Below, piece after piece: positions 13,300 to 26,526 of a stretch of DNA of 64,000 nt. The notes under the pieces are model-generated. The model did not search any database, was not told the origin of the DNA, and saw only the letters and a program-made list of their open reading frames with translations. Position 1 is the stretch's first letter, and each line of letters starts with the position of its first letter. The DNA is from Lingula anatina (taxonomy: Eukaryota; Animalia; Brachiopoda): NCBI GenBank assembly GCA_051362555.1, contig CM120640.1, positions 5,828,001-5,892,000 of the forward strand, in the 5' to 3' direction. The position numbers and the translations under genes are program-made.

Positions 13300-13526
13300 G
13301 TAAGTGGTTTAACTGACATCGAGTACCATGGTTAAATGGTTAAATGTATGGATAAGAGAAAAGTTCTCATAAAGTGTACAATAGGGCTTCTGGTGTATTA
13401 TGTCGGTTTTAAGTAACGTGGTTATAATCAAAATTTCTGATAAGTGGTGAATTTTATTTTCCAATGTTTCAGTGGTTTACATATGTTATCTGGATGCTAA
13501 TTTACACCCGTATTTTAAATTGACAG

Positions 13527-13584
13527 GCAATCCAACAGCGAATGCGAAGAACCGATTGTCAATCATTGAGCTGCTCTGCGACAG
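13527..13584 (+). CDS. Gene A exon 4 (58 bp, SNPTANAKNRLSIIELLCDR)
   Basis: Acceptor tgacag| ending at 13526 and donor AG|gtgagt at 13585. Phases 1 and 2 match both neighbours, with no stop codon. Confidence 0.85.
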
Positions 13585-13703
13585 GTGAGTCTTTTTTTAA
13601 TGTTAATTGTATTGGGAGAACGTTAATTGTTACATTATATCAACCATTTCTTTGAATTGTGATTGGCTCTATATCTTAGGTTCATCTTATATGTTTATTC
13701 CAG

Positions 13704-13832
13704 ATTGGATGTCACCGGTGCATTGCAAAGTCCGAGATGCGTCCGTGACCTGATGGTAGGGGCATGCTTGAACGGTCTTACAGATGCTATAACCGTAATT
13801 TTGAGTAGAGCTGTCTCAGGTGATTGCTCATG
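13704..13832 (+). CDS. Gene A exon 5 (RLDVTGALQSPRCVRDLMVGACLNG...DCSW)
   Basis: Acceptor ttattccag| ending at 13703 and donor TG|gtatgt at 13833; phases 2/2 are in frame. Contains an ANK-like 'LMVGACLNGLTDAITVIL' segment. Confidence 0.85.
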
Positions 13833-14143
13833 GTATGTATGCGTTCTTTGGTGATGACAATACAGCATGTTCCCCAGCATAGTGTTCGTCTATTTGTCGG
13901 GGTAGAATAAAATAAATTTTGCATATATATTTATTTACTTTATATGTGAATTCATACTTTTAAATTATTTCAAACCATACATTATGTCATGATAAAAAAT
14001 TCTTTCTAAAAATTTTAATTTTATATGGCTTTTAGTGTGTAGCTAATAAATTGCTATAAATGAATGAGATACTTCTTTTTGAAAACGCGTATAATTATAT
14101 ACAACACCATTATCATCACCACATTCATTCTTTTCTTTTCTAG

Positions 14144-17100
14144 GATATGGTGTGCCATTAGCGCATCAGTGGTTTCTGACCACCAAGAATGCGCAATAGC
14201 CGTTCTAGAGTATACAAAGCACAAGGCGCTGACCGTGCCAGTTGACGAAATTGGGCTCACTGCGATACTCAATATAGCTGCCAACCTTAAACAGTGGAAA
14301 CTCATTCATTACCTATGTTTTGAGCAAACATCGGTGTCCATGGTGATGACAAACCCAAATGACACAATAGCCTTGATTTCGTTGAAACTGTTAGCTATTA
14401 ATTCCTCTTGGGGGAAGATGAAAGAGGAAAAACGGGGACTGATGTTCAAGCCAATTCTGCATTTGGCATGCGAAGCTGGACAGTACAAAATAGTGCATTG
14501 CTTACTACAAAAAATGGATCAAGATGCTGTAGGATGGATAGTTAACGTTCGAGACAAAAGCAAGAGAACGCCGATTGACTATGCACTGTGCAACCATCAT
14601 TCAAAGATTGCAATATTATTACTTATATACGATGCCCAGTTACCAAACAGAGCCTACGTTGGTCTTAAAGAGGCGTTACGCTGTTTCCCAGAGAGGAACG
14701 CTAGCGACATAGTTCCAGTTGCTGGTTATCTTTCCACGACGCCGCAGAAAAGACGTTTAACAAAAAAGGCTGTAATGAAAGACTGTCAAATAAGGCAGAT
14801 TTGGGATGGCTTTGGAAACTTGTATGCAGAAGACTTTAGAAGGATTTTAAACGAGAAAAGGCAAAATAAAAGTACATGGAAAAATGATACCGATACCATT
14901 AACAGCAGCTTATCCGGCACCACAAAGACAAAAATCCATTCTCATGGTTTTCCCGACTTTCAGTATTATCACTCAACTGGGGTACTGCCTCATCTTTCGA
15001 GTATTAAAGCACTCAAGTGGGATAACCCAGATGACGTGCCACACACACCAAAGCGAGTACAGAGAAAAATCTGGAAGAATAAAGGGGAACTATCAGCATC
15101 AACGGAGCTCAAAGTTAACCCACTTCCTGTCAGACAGAGAACAGAACACGAAGGCAGAGAAATGACAGCTTATTTCACGCCATTGGCGAATGTTGATCCG
15201 TCAGAGACACTGACTTCAACTTATCAATCGTGTTTCAAATGTGTTGTGAAGGATGATCACACCATGTCCTGTCAGCAACAAGACCAGTGTAAGGTTGATC
15301 AGAGGGATATAATGCTGAGTTTGTACGAGATTGATTATGGAAGATACATGGAGCCGCGGAAGACTAATAGACAATCAAACTCCAGTAACTGCAACGACTG
15401 CATGGTGTCTACATACCAAACAATCTATGGCATTACAGACAATAAAAAGGCAAATAGTTCTACTAAATTTTCTAAACCAGTTAATACTGACAAAGGTCCC
15501 ATAGAGCCAGTTGTATCTGCAATGAATGAAACAACGAAACACGAATCCCAAAGCGCCCGTAAAACCAACGCAGAGAGAAACCACATGACTAAAGAAGCTG
15601 CGTACACCAAGGAACAATTTAGACCGAAGTTAAAAGGAGACAGCACCCGTGCGGCATGCGAGATGGTGTCCTCTTGTATCGATGACCAAACAGAATCCAA
15701 AACGCTCAGAAACGCTTTTAGATATGTAAAAGACCCAAAGAGATGGGAAAGCTTATTACATGCTGCCTGTGCTTATGGTGACTCAGAACTGGTTGATAAG
15801 ATACTAAGGGAAAGGCCAAGCATTGTCAATAAAATGGACAAGAAAAACAGATCCCCACTTTTCTATGCTGCCTTCAACGGCCACAAAGGCATTATGAAAA
15901 TATTGATAGCCAATAATGCCATTTTAAATGAAGGCTGCAATGTTCTACTGGCAGTGCTCATGCACCTTTGTAAAAAGCGTTGTTTGAGGGAAGGAGGTAT
16001 TCATCTTATGTTAAAGTGTCAGGACAGTTGCGAAAAGGACCCACATTTGTCAGGTTTACGTGACATTAGAAGAAAAGCATTTGAAAGCATAATCCAATAC
16101 AGCGACAGTCACCATGATGTGCGAGCACTTAATCTTGATGTTGAACATGAATATAGTTCAGAGGAAGCATTGGAAATGGTAGAAATGCTTGCTTGTGAAC
16201 AAAAGTTGACTAATCCATTCGATGAGAGGATGTATTTTACAGCAGCTCTGCTTGGGGAAGAATCTATTTGCAATGCCATTATTAAACGCCAACCAAGCGA
16301 ACAACATTCTACTAATACCAATAACGACGAAAGCGACAAGAACAACTCTGATTCATTTACTACAGATGTCAAAAGCGGTGGTGAGGCCAAAATGACATCA
16401 ACCAGTTTTGTTGATTTGTTAATTGCAATCTACCTCATTAAAGGGAAACATTTTCAATGGAACCAACTCACTTTACAGAAGCAAACAAAACTGATGACAC
16501 ATTTAATAGAAAAGTTTCACTATCTTCCTAGTCCCTTTGCTTTGGCACGTTTGGTGTTGCAGGGATTTTGGCCTGTTGTTCTGACCACCCTTCAGAAAAT
16601 TGATGTATCTGGGGGCATAGCTAGTGACCTGGAAAACACGCTGTACATGGTCATGTTCAAAGCAAGCGAGAGGAACCAAACTGATAGCTTAAAGGTCGTT
16701 CTAGAACACTTACGTCACAGCAAATCAGATAAAAGTTATCTGATTACGACTTTAAAATTAGCTGTGCAAAACAACAGTCAGGAGTCTTGCACGCTTTTGT
16801 TAAGAGAAGGAGCAGATCCAACAGCACGGCCAGTATTTTCAGATTCAGCGTTGAAGCTGAAGTTCAGAAAATTAGGATGGTCGGCACTTCACACATTGTG
16901 TTCTGTAGGTGACTTGGAAATGCTTAACACATTTGCAGCAGAGATGGGTGGCGACCTGGAATCGATGCTCCGCACCGTGGCCCAAGAGCACGAATTAAAA
17001 AAGGAATTGCTGTTCCTGTGTGCTGCATATGGTCGTGAAACAATCATAACCACTTTTAAAGCCAATGGATGGGATATAGACGTAACTACTAGTACTAAGA

Positions 17101-19391
17101 AATTGTCAGCAATATCCACCCGGATCAAAGGGAATTCCCTCTTGGAAACTGCAGCAGAAAATGGACATGAGTCTCTTTGTGTGTATTTGCTCAGAAATTG
17201 CAATGTCCTGCTGCAACAAAATGCACTTTCTAACGTCTTGCGCTCTGCATGTGCTAGGGGCATGGACAAACTAACTGATGCAGTTGTTTTATATTATTCA
17301 CAAGACCCTAGTAGATCAGCTACTCTCAAAACGGCTCTCCTTTCAAGCGATACCCTTGCAGCCAAAGATTACCCCAGTCAGCCAGTGGTTTATGCCCATT
17401 CAATGGGCCATTATGGGGTTGTAGAAAAGCTACAATTATGGCTTGTAAAGTCAGGTGAAAAACCGATAATTGTACCCACGCCATTTGACAGTAAAAGGCC
17501 TGTGGGCTATCTCAGAAACCACATAGTAGAAAACGAAGAAAAACACAAATTAAGAAGTCCATCTGAAACAAACATCCAAGAAGCATTGGAACTAACAGCG
17601 GCTGAATTGTTTATCGGTTACCTAAAGGGACAGAAATATACAGATTCTTGGAAGTCTTGGTTCACTGACAGTATTAAATTGACATTTCCAAAGTTTCTGA
17701 TGATTTTTAGATATTTGCCTTCAGCAGCATCCATGAAGTTCGTGGAAATGGCATCGCAGGAGGAATTTCAAGCCAATCCAAACTTTTGGGAAGATGTTCT
17801 GGCGGCTACCATTCGATACAATAGAAGGGAAACGTTTGAAGCAATTTTAAACCATGCATTATTTCGAAAAAAAGAACAAACCATTATTTCATCAGCCACA
17901 GTACTACAAGAAGCCTGTTTGGCTGAAGACGCCTATTATCTCACCAAGCTTCTTGCAAGAGGCTCAACAGAATATCTGACCAAGAATGACAAAAACGGGA
18001 TTTCTCCTATTGGTTATGCCAGTGCCATGGGAAAACAGCAAATACTAGCTGCAATGTCTGATGGTCTTTATGTGGACGAGCATTCCGATCATGGTGTAGA
18101 CGAGGACGGCATAGCGGAAAGTTATAGTCCTTTTTGCGCTCTGTGCCTGCTACATGAACATCGTGGGTGGCGAAGTGGATCTTTTTTCCCTCTTGTAAAT
18201 ACTTCCACTGACACAAACATGAAGGAAGTCCATGAGAGCGTTTCGCAGCCTGTTTGTTTCAAATACCCTGTGCAATTTTCTGAGTTTATGACGATACAAT
18301 ATGACTTGAAGTGCTATTTAGAGCGTCTTACCGACTCGAGGACTGCGGCTGAGCAGATATATCCAATGTCAAGTCCAGCAAATGTCAATATTTGCCGTTA
18401 CTTTTTAGGTGACTACAAACGTTATGAGATGTCAACTACTGACGACAGAAATCATGCGCTTACACAGTGCATCAAATATGGCGATGAAAATTCCTTTAAA
18501 ACAATACTGATGGCAATGAAAAGGAATGACATAGCATTTAAATTGCTGTTGAATGAAATTGCAGTCTGCGGAAGAAAACGTCTTTTGGAATATTTAATCA
18601 CCACGTTTGACACCAGCGGTTTAGTGCAGCATTTTGGCAGTCCTAATCCCCTGGAATTGGCTATTGCATTTGGAAACACCGAACTTGCATTTTACATTGT
18701 TGAAACGTTTTCGTCTTTGCCATGCGATTATATACGGCCGATCCTGGACTACTGTGACGGTATACCTACAGAAGACGACTCAGAAGATCATTCCTTGGCT
18801 AAGAACCTCACAAAAGATTCATTCTTAATGGCACGCTGGATTCTTGGACAGAACAGACCTGGTGATGAATCCTGGCACCGATCGTTGATGGATCAGAAAA
18901 GCACGCTCAGTCATCCAGACGTTTGGCTCGCCGCACAGTTCAAAGAAGAACATCTCAAAATATTAGAAGCAGCGCGTGCATTTCAGTCGTATACCCTGCA
19001 GACCACCCTGACACCATACGATGTGACGGTAGATTATAGAGGACTGGGTGCTGTTATACAACTTGACAGTTTCATATCAAAAGTCAGAGCTCAGTCTTTA
19101 CTGGTCTTGCAAAGTGCGAAAGATGCCATCGAGGAAAGAGACGACGGGAAGCTACACTACACGGCCCCCGATGGTAGCAAAGAGAGGTTAAAGAAAATGA
19201 TTCTCATTGCCAGCTCAGGCCAGAATGGAAAGCACAGCCTGAAAGTGAAAAGCCGTGGAGAACTAGAAATAACGGTAGCCGTAATTGAAAATAATGGGAG
19301 CATTATAGAATCGCAAGGTTTTCTACAAGATGATATAATGATAGCAAAGAAGGAGGTCGATGAAGAACATCTCCCCTTTCTGAAATCTAAG
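14144..19391 (+). CDS. Gene A exon 6 (5.25 kb): further ankyrin blocks, a low-complexity linker and the start of the repeated alpha/beta modules
   Basis: Acceptor cttttcttttctag| ending at 14143; lies in the 1778-aa ORF. ANK motifs include PILHLACEAG, RTPIDYA, SLLHAACAYGD, RSPLFYAAFNGH, GNSLLETAAENGH, GISPIGYASAMG and NPLELAIAFG. Donor AAG|gtagtg at 19392 (phase 0). Confidence 0.92.
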
Positions 19392-19561
19392 GTAGTGTAA
19401 TAATATATCAATAAGATTGGAAAAGTTGAAAAATAATTCCATCACCTTTTGCTGTAAATAAGTGTAACATATTCTGTAAATTTATTTTATTTGAATGTTA
19501 ATGGTATTGAAAGTCAACGGTAATTTATGAAGCACCTCTCATTTATTTAATTATATTACAG

Positions 19562-22500
19562 ATTCAAGACATCTTTGGCCTGAATGTCCAAGTGGAGATG
19601 AGCTGGGGTTCTTTTGATGTCATCAAAGACAGGTCACAAAGATTAGAAGTAATACGTAAATTTGCAGATTCAGAAACTTCTTCGACGTGCAGTTTTGGGG
19701 GGTTTATGGCAACGTTAAACCAATGCGAATACTGGATAGAAAGCATCAGAGACATTGCAGATTCGCATATGTGTGAATCATTGAAAAAGTCTCTCCCCGC
19801 CATTAAAACTATAACATTCCGATATTCCACAGACGTGCGTGATGACATACCATTCAAGGATATTAAGACTTTACTCGATCAGAAATCGGTGGCTTGGCTA
19901 TTTAAGTTCACTCACGAAGCAAAGAAGTCGGAATATAATCGAGGTGTCGCAACGGAGTCGACATCCTGCAACCGCGGTGCATTTGCCCCGTATGTGTACT
20001 GTAGGCTTTTCCAAAAGGCGTTTATAGAATTATATCTGTTAGTGCAAGCGTTTCACATAAGGAAAGAACCAACGCTTATGGAGGAGCAAGAAGATTCGAA
20101 AGGTGATAAGACTGATGACAACCCCCTTCAGTTCCGAATAGAATGGTTATCTGCATCCCATCTTGGGAAACCGCAAGAAGTTTTGAAATTCATACATAGG
20201 CCATTAAAACAAGCTTTGATGACATCAGTAGATAGTTTCGTACTCCAGAAACACATTGAAGCACGTTTTGACTATTTGCACATCCAGTTTTCTCCTCAAA
20301 AAGACCAAAAGAAAATTGTTAGAGGCGGAACCAGTATTAAATTTATATTGGGCGTTTCAAAGGACTGCACCACGCATATAGAACTTCCAGACTTCGACTC
20401 CGAATTTTTAGATATTCAGAAACAAGAACTGAAGACAGCAGAGACCACAAAATATTTAAAACAAAATTTTGCAGACGCGCTGCAAAAAGTTTCCGACGCC
20501 ATTAAAATGGAGTACAGTCTACCTTCTCTCACAATGAACCCGGATTTCAAAGCATTGATTGACGAAGCCGCTTCTTGGTCAAATGAGTATTCCTCTCACA
20601 CAATAGAAACCTATCTTTTCAACAGTTGTTGTTCAAAACGAGTGAAAAAGGCTTTTTCAGATAGATTGTCCAGGGCGATTGCCAGGCTTTGTTCTATGTA
20701 TAAGGCCGTAGAAGGAAAGAGCAAAATGCGCCTGGCATTTTTGAGAAGATTACACAATCAGTCAGTGATCCACGATTCAGATCGAGATCTGGTGATAAGA
20801 AGCGGTAGCCAAATGCGGATCATACAAAGACCTGATCTGGACCAACAAAAAATAACAAATGTGAAAAACAATTGGGAGATTCTTTCCATTGCAGACGTTC
20901 TTCGTGATTATTCTGGAAAAGGCAGTTGTTGTGATGAAATCGAACTGGTTTTGTATGACAGTGTGTGTTATCGAATAGCTGGTAGCGCAGGTGCACTTGC
21001 TTTACTGAAAATGTTGCCTTCCAGGATCACCGTCAGTAACAACAGAAAAAAAGAGCAATCCAATGACCCAACAACATTGGCGATAGAGAGTTCTTCAAAC
21101 TCGCTGCCTCTTGTGGTACATGTTCCTTCAGACGATAGATCAGTATTAATCCACCCTCGCGTTCTGGCTATAGAACGGAAGCGACGTGGTTCAAGTATAT
21201 TTATCAGCGTTGACAGTGATTTGTTTATGCATAGGAAAGAGGGAAGCAATCTTGATGTTGTCCTTGACTTCATAGATTACCTAATGCATGCTAGACACGT
21301 GCATAACGTGCCTTTGACAAGGCAAAAATTAATGCCGACGGAGTACCCAAAATGTTGTTCTACTGGCAAAGATAGAAAACCAATTCCTAATATCGTACGT
21401 GACAATCTTGTCCAATTGATAAAGGTTGTGAAAAAGGTTAATCCAACGAAAAACCAGGAAGAAAATGCTATTAGAATCGATACTGATGAAGACACCATGG
21501 TGTTTTTCTTGTTTGACGCTGATATTTCTTGGGAGGACGTCCAGGTTGCGTACTTGAAGTACCTCATTCGCCGTGAAGCTGTGAAATTTGCTGGGGATTT
21601 GTCTGCCGCGATGGAAGCTAAAATTGACGCTAATACTTTTGAGTTCAAATGCGAAAATGGGCTCTCGCCGTTGAAAGAACTTGGAGCGTTGTACAAAAAT
21701 ACTAGCACAATATTTGAACCATTTCATACGGCGCTCTGTTTCTTAATGCAGCACTGTAAAAAGTACAGTGGAAAAGTGCAAGGAGTTAAGTCACTGTGCT
21801 TCATCGCAACCAACGAGCACAACAAAGATGGACGAACTGTCCGACCAGCGGGACAGATTCTTCAATATTGCCTGCCATTTAGCAAAGCTGCTGAAAACAC
21901 ACATTTATTCTTTGGCGCAGGCGAGTTAGGAAAGATTTTGATTCAGAATTGTTTTGACTCTCCTAAAGCCCTTGAGTACATGGCATCGGTTCCAATGCCG
22001 ACGGAAACGGCCGTGAGTCCTGAGACAATGGTATACGCTTACTTCGGTTTGGCCATGGCAGAGACATCATTTGTCATACAAGGAAGAAATGTTCTGGGCA
22101 AAGAGATTAAAGACACACAAGACAAACAAACAAACGGTCTGCATGTAGATGTATTATCTGAAGATCAGTCTCCATTGTCAGGTGTAAACGTTGCCGTAGA
22201 AAACATCGCAGCGTGTGAATGGAGAGTAACTTGGAAACCAACTGATAAGGGAAGATATCATATACATGCCAAGCTTTTTGGGCAGCACGTTAGAGGAAGT
22301 CCATTTGAAGTGCACGTACTCAGTGAGCCTAGTAAAATGCCATTTTCATTAACTAAAAACAAACATGAGGCTGATATTGGGATCAATCGTCAAAGTCAGT
22401 TACCAGTGGTTATTGTTCATCCTAAACCACATGTGAGCAAAGTCAGCACTTTGACGCAAATAAAAAAATTCAGGAGTTCCCCTTGTGACGTCTATGGACT

Positions 22501-22800
22501 TTCGTCAAATGCTAGTACATATCTTCTACGTCAGCTCATTTCGCAAGAAAAACATTGGTTTTATCGAAACAGTAAGAAAACGAAAATGTGCATGTTGCAC
22601 TGCAGTACCGACGTCCAGGTAGAAGAAAGTCGCCTTGAAGGAACACAGGAGGTTGCGCTGTTGAACTTAAACACACCTAACAATAATTCTGTGTTAACAT
22701 TGGAGCCACATTGCAGACATTGTGGACAGGCAGTGGATGTGATCAGTGCAGGTGTAGTCAAGCGAGCTGGAGCTCCACTTTCTGTGCTGGTTACGGATGG
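19562..22800 (+). CDS. Gene A exon 7 (3.24 kb): alpha/beta modules, PH-like segment, filamin-type Ig repeat, C-terminal CxxC
   Basis: Acceptor ttatattacag| ending at 19561, in phase 0 with the 1070-aa ORF; donor GG|gtaagt at 22801 (phase 2). Confidence 0.92.
21983..22318 (+). other. Filamin/ABP280-type Ig-like repeat domain within gene A
   Basis: Signature residues: 'TSFVIQGRN..G', 'LHVDV', 'WRVTWKPTDKGRYHIHAKLFGQHVRGSPFEVHV', matching the filamin consensus Y.V.Y.P...G.Y.I.V...G.HI.GSPF.V.V. Confidence 0.88.
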
Positions 22801-23012
22801 GTAAGTTTCAACACATTAATGTCATATTCATGATTTTAAAAACATCCTAAAGCATTTTTTTTAATACGACACAATACCATAACTGTTCGCTTCTAGCTGT
22901 TATATTTTATAGTTTTAAGTAAAGAAGTGTCTATTCATTCAAAAATTTCCGATTTTTATCGTATAATCACCACTCTTACACTTGCTTCAACTATGAAATT
23001 TGTCTGTTTTAG

Positions 23013-23067
23013 AAACGAAAGTTTGACAAGAAAGAATTCCATGGGCAGCGAGGAGGATGAAATATAG
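23013..23067 (+). CDS. Gene A terminal coding exon 8 (GNESLTRKNSMGSEEDEI*)
   Basis: Acceptor tgtctgttttag| ending at 23012, phase-2 join, TAG at 23065-23067. The summed CDS is 12,966 nt, or 4,321 aa plus stop. Confidence 0.75.
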
Positions 23068-24038
23068 CTCAAACAAGGATTTATGGGACTTTCAGGAATG
23101 TTAAAAGTAAAAATCGGCATGTGCTGGGAAAACCCTAAAAAGGATTTCAGTGCTTTCGACTGCAGCGGGAGAAAGTGACCCTAGCTGTACAGTTAGAACC
23201 TTTTCCGAAATGAAACAACCAAATTCAGACACCACCTGGCCACCTCCACATTGTAATGGTGCTATTACATGTAAAAAAGCGCCTGATATGACAGAATGGT
23301 TATCCTATTTGATTTTTACAGGTTCAACTTCTTTGTATTTTAAGAGGTTGAATATGTAAAAGCAGAACATAGGAGCGTCATCATTAACTGTCAGTTGTAC
23401 ATTAGTGAATTGCATGTATATACTGTATATATGCTAACATATATATATCCATTTGATATATCATTACGCTGTAAATAATGTATACTGCCGTGTAAATAGT
23501 ATGGTTATGGAGTAGCTTCCTTTTGTGTACTAAGGTAGGCTTCAGAGTCATCATTCGTTTGTATAGAGACTATGCATTTGTAATATTTCTTTACGGTTAT
23601 TTAGATACTGGTGCTACAATCATCTTGTGGTGCTCAGTGCTTTGTGGACACTTGTATATATTGGATTAAATGCCCAGTTATTTTTTCTTATTTATTTATT
23701 TATTATGTCAAATCCACTATCAATTCAAATTTTCATTTCTTAAAAACTTCACGTGCCAAGTTAGTTCACTAAGTGCAATTACAAATGTGATATAGATCTT
23801 CATTGGGTCTGCGCTTTGCAAGAAAAACATATTTTTAAAAGTCAGACATTATCAAGAGAAACTAATTCACCCGCCAATACGGAATGAAAAGAAATACTTG
23901 TAATTACTTATGTTAATCCTGCTTGTAGCGTTCAGTATGCATTTCTGTAATTCCCACGGGATCTCGGTGCTAAAAGTCTCAATGTGCCAAATGTTTTAAG
24001 ATATATTTTAGCATATTTGTAAAAACATAATTTCTCAT

Positions 24039-24055
24039 AATAAATTAACAATAAA
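24039..24055 (+). terminator. Candidate polyadenylation signals for gene A (two AATAAA)
   Basis: AATAAA at 24039 and 24050, followed by T-rich sequence, about 1 kb downstream of the stop. The motif is common in AT-rich DNA. Confidence 0.4.
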
Positions 24056-24948
24056 TTTGTTACATTTTCATCTTTATTTTTTATTCATTAATTTCATTCG
24101 TTATGAAAGAATAATTGGTAATTTAAGCTAACTTTAACGGTATTTAAAAACGTTTCACGCGCCTAGATGTCAACTTCTCTGTCAAGAAATACGCAAAATG
24201 CGGCTCGTAGACTCGCTCATAATATTATACGATTTTTACAAAATGTACAGAACTTTCTCTAAATCGTGTGTGTTCTCATATTTCGATTTTTTCTTCAAAT
24301 GCTTTTGTTTTACGGACACTCAAATCATATGCCAGCAATTCAAATCGATCACATTTTACAGACTATTTTGTTCACTACATGCGCCATCTATTTCACTGAT
24401 AACTGAAAAGGCTGGATGTATAACATTTTTCATACATTTTGACAGCGTCAAACGGATGAAAAATATGACCTACTGTGTACAACCCATGCAAAATACGCTG
24501 TATTAATATCTATTTCAGTTCTGTAATTTTATTATCGCACATATTACGGAATTTACGTGTGTTTTGTGAGGTTTTACGTTCCTTTGCAGGAAATATTTTA
24601 TGTAAGAACTGATCAGAGAAAGAAAGTTGCACTAGCATACCTTATAAGTGGCTGGCCCAATTTTGCCCAAATAGTGAAATAATGGCCCACACCACATACA
24701 GGAAGAGAAACATAATGAAAAAGTCTCCTAGCTAAACATGATATTCTCGTGCTTCAATTATATTTGATGGGTATGGTCTTTTATTTCTCCCATCCTTGTC
24801 TCTATGTACCCAATTAACCGATAATAACTGATCTGGTTGCTAAGATCACATAAGTAAATATGATGTGCACGCACACATTTGTTTACTTACCCATGTGTAG
24901 TTTACCTTTTTTTACCGTACATCATGCATACCGCACACGTGACTCCAC

Positions 24949-25022
24949 TCTCTCTCTCTACGTGAGTGTGTGTGTGTGTGAATATGTGTGTGTGTTGTGT
25001 GTGTGTTGAGTGTGTGTGTGTG
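24949..25022. repeat. Compound (CT)n/(TG)n microsatellite
   Basis: Seen directly; interrupted. Confidence 0.9.
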
Positions 25023-25941
25023 GTTGCAGATCACTGCCACAACAACTGCACATTTAGCGCCCATATTACTCGTTTGTTCAGGTGTTTTTCTTTCAGCAGT
25101 AGCGCACAAAAGGAGCATAATAACACAATGTGGTTTGTCATGACTTCCATGACCCAGTCTGATTATGCCGAACCCCAGCTGAGGTCTCCTTCTTGGAAGA
25201 GAACACAGAAGTAAACATTGATTTCGATAGCAAATATGTGTTTTGGTGACACTGAAAGGTTTGGATTTGTGCCAATGTATTTATTGCTTAACATTGACAT
25301 GGCCACTATGACAGACTTTCCTGTATACGTGATGTGAGTCAACCCACACCAATAGGTGAAACAAGCCTGGTCTCCACGATTTGTAGATCAGGTAAGTTAC
25401 CACGTAATATATAGGAATGCAAAAGTGAAGTCGTTGGCAATAGATGTGGAAATGGGGTGTATGTACATGTATGTGCACTCAATTATAACGAGAGAGAAGG
25501 ACCTATGCAATTAAATGAGCCATACAGGTAGGTTGATTACACTGTCGCAACACCGCCAGCTCTAGGTGTGTGTGTGTGTGAGTGTGTTTGCGATCTCAAG
25601 TACCCCGAATTAAACAACTTATTGCTGAATGACACAAATGAAATTATTCAACATTAAAATGTTAAAACATAACACCATAAAAAGCATTATTTAAGTCTGA
25701 AAATGAAACACGAGGGCTACTGAAATGTTAAAATTTTGCGAAGAGCGATTATGATGCATTTGTTTAGGATTATTGTTGCCACTAAAGACTAAATTATTCA
25801 TTCAAGCCTGCAAAGTACATCTCATCAAAGAAAGCCGCAAAGTAATATTAGCAATAATCCTTACAAGGATATGGCATTGATAATATTGGCATATGCTAAT
25901 TTATATTGTAAACCTCAGGTTCGACCTAAGGGGAGGGGGGC

Positions 25942-25947
25942 TGTGTG

Positions 25948-25980
<33 letters not shown>

Positions 25981-25982
25981 GT
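25942..25982. repeat. (TG)n microsatellite
   Basis: Seen directly; interrupted. Confidence 0.9.
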
Positions 25983-26526
25983 GGTGGGGAGGTTGTGCAT
26001 ATTTACTTGTCTTAAATAGTTACTGGTGTTAGAGAAAAAAGACTTATAAATAGAAGCTTTGCAATATCAAAGTATCAGACTTGTGCTTGTAATATTACCA
26101 GGTTTTCTCTCTAGGTAATGTCTTCGGGTAATATGTGTTAATATCAAATAACAGCGACAATGATTTTGGTGGTTCAGTTCTTCAGGAGTGACCCCTGGGT
26201 ACAGAGTAGGCTAGGTCCACCCAGGCTCAGGGGTATAGTCAGCAACTTTGGAATGTCCTCTCGGTAGTTTGACCAAAGGCTCTCACACAACAACAGCAGA
26301 ATGATGAAGATTATTTAAATTAAAATTTGATCAAAACGCACTTATAGTTGTATTACAGTCCCCCAGATAAAAATCATTAACAATGAACTGACACTGGATT
26401 GAATTGCACTGGTTGCAATTGTAGTTGTTTTCTTGCTATATCTTTCGGGTGGGGGAATAGCTGCTTTAAAGCGACAAGACATTAATAAAAAGTGATAATA
26501 AATTCGTTTCAGAATAAAGATAACAG

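Noticed and set aside
14064-14143. Hydrophobic 'MRYFFLKTRIIIYNTIIITTFILFFSR' resembling a signal peptide
   Set aside because: It is translated intron and polypyrimidine tract upstream of the acceptor at 14143.
9643-19391. Naming gene A ankyrin (ANK1-3), TRPA/NompC or ANKRD28/44/52
   Set aside because: No ZU5/UPA/death domain and no transmembrane channel region are present, and the C-terminal part is unrelated. ANK similarity alone is not diagnostic.
9774-22804. Treating ORFs 9774, 14064 and 19592 as three independent genes or an operon
   Set aside because: Each is bounded by canonical splice sites with matching phases. The ORF 'starts' are TTG/GTG codons or lie in introns, and the DNA is eukaryotic.
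26160-26300. SINE-like fragment ('gtccaccca' core, caa-rich tail)
   Set aside because: No A/B boxes or target-site duplication are identifiable, and there is no second copy in the window.
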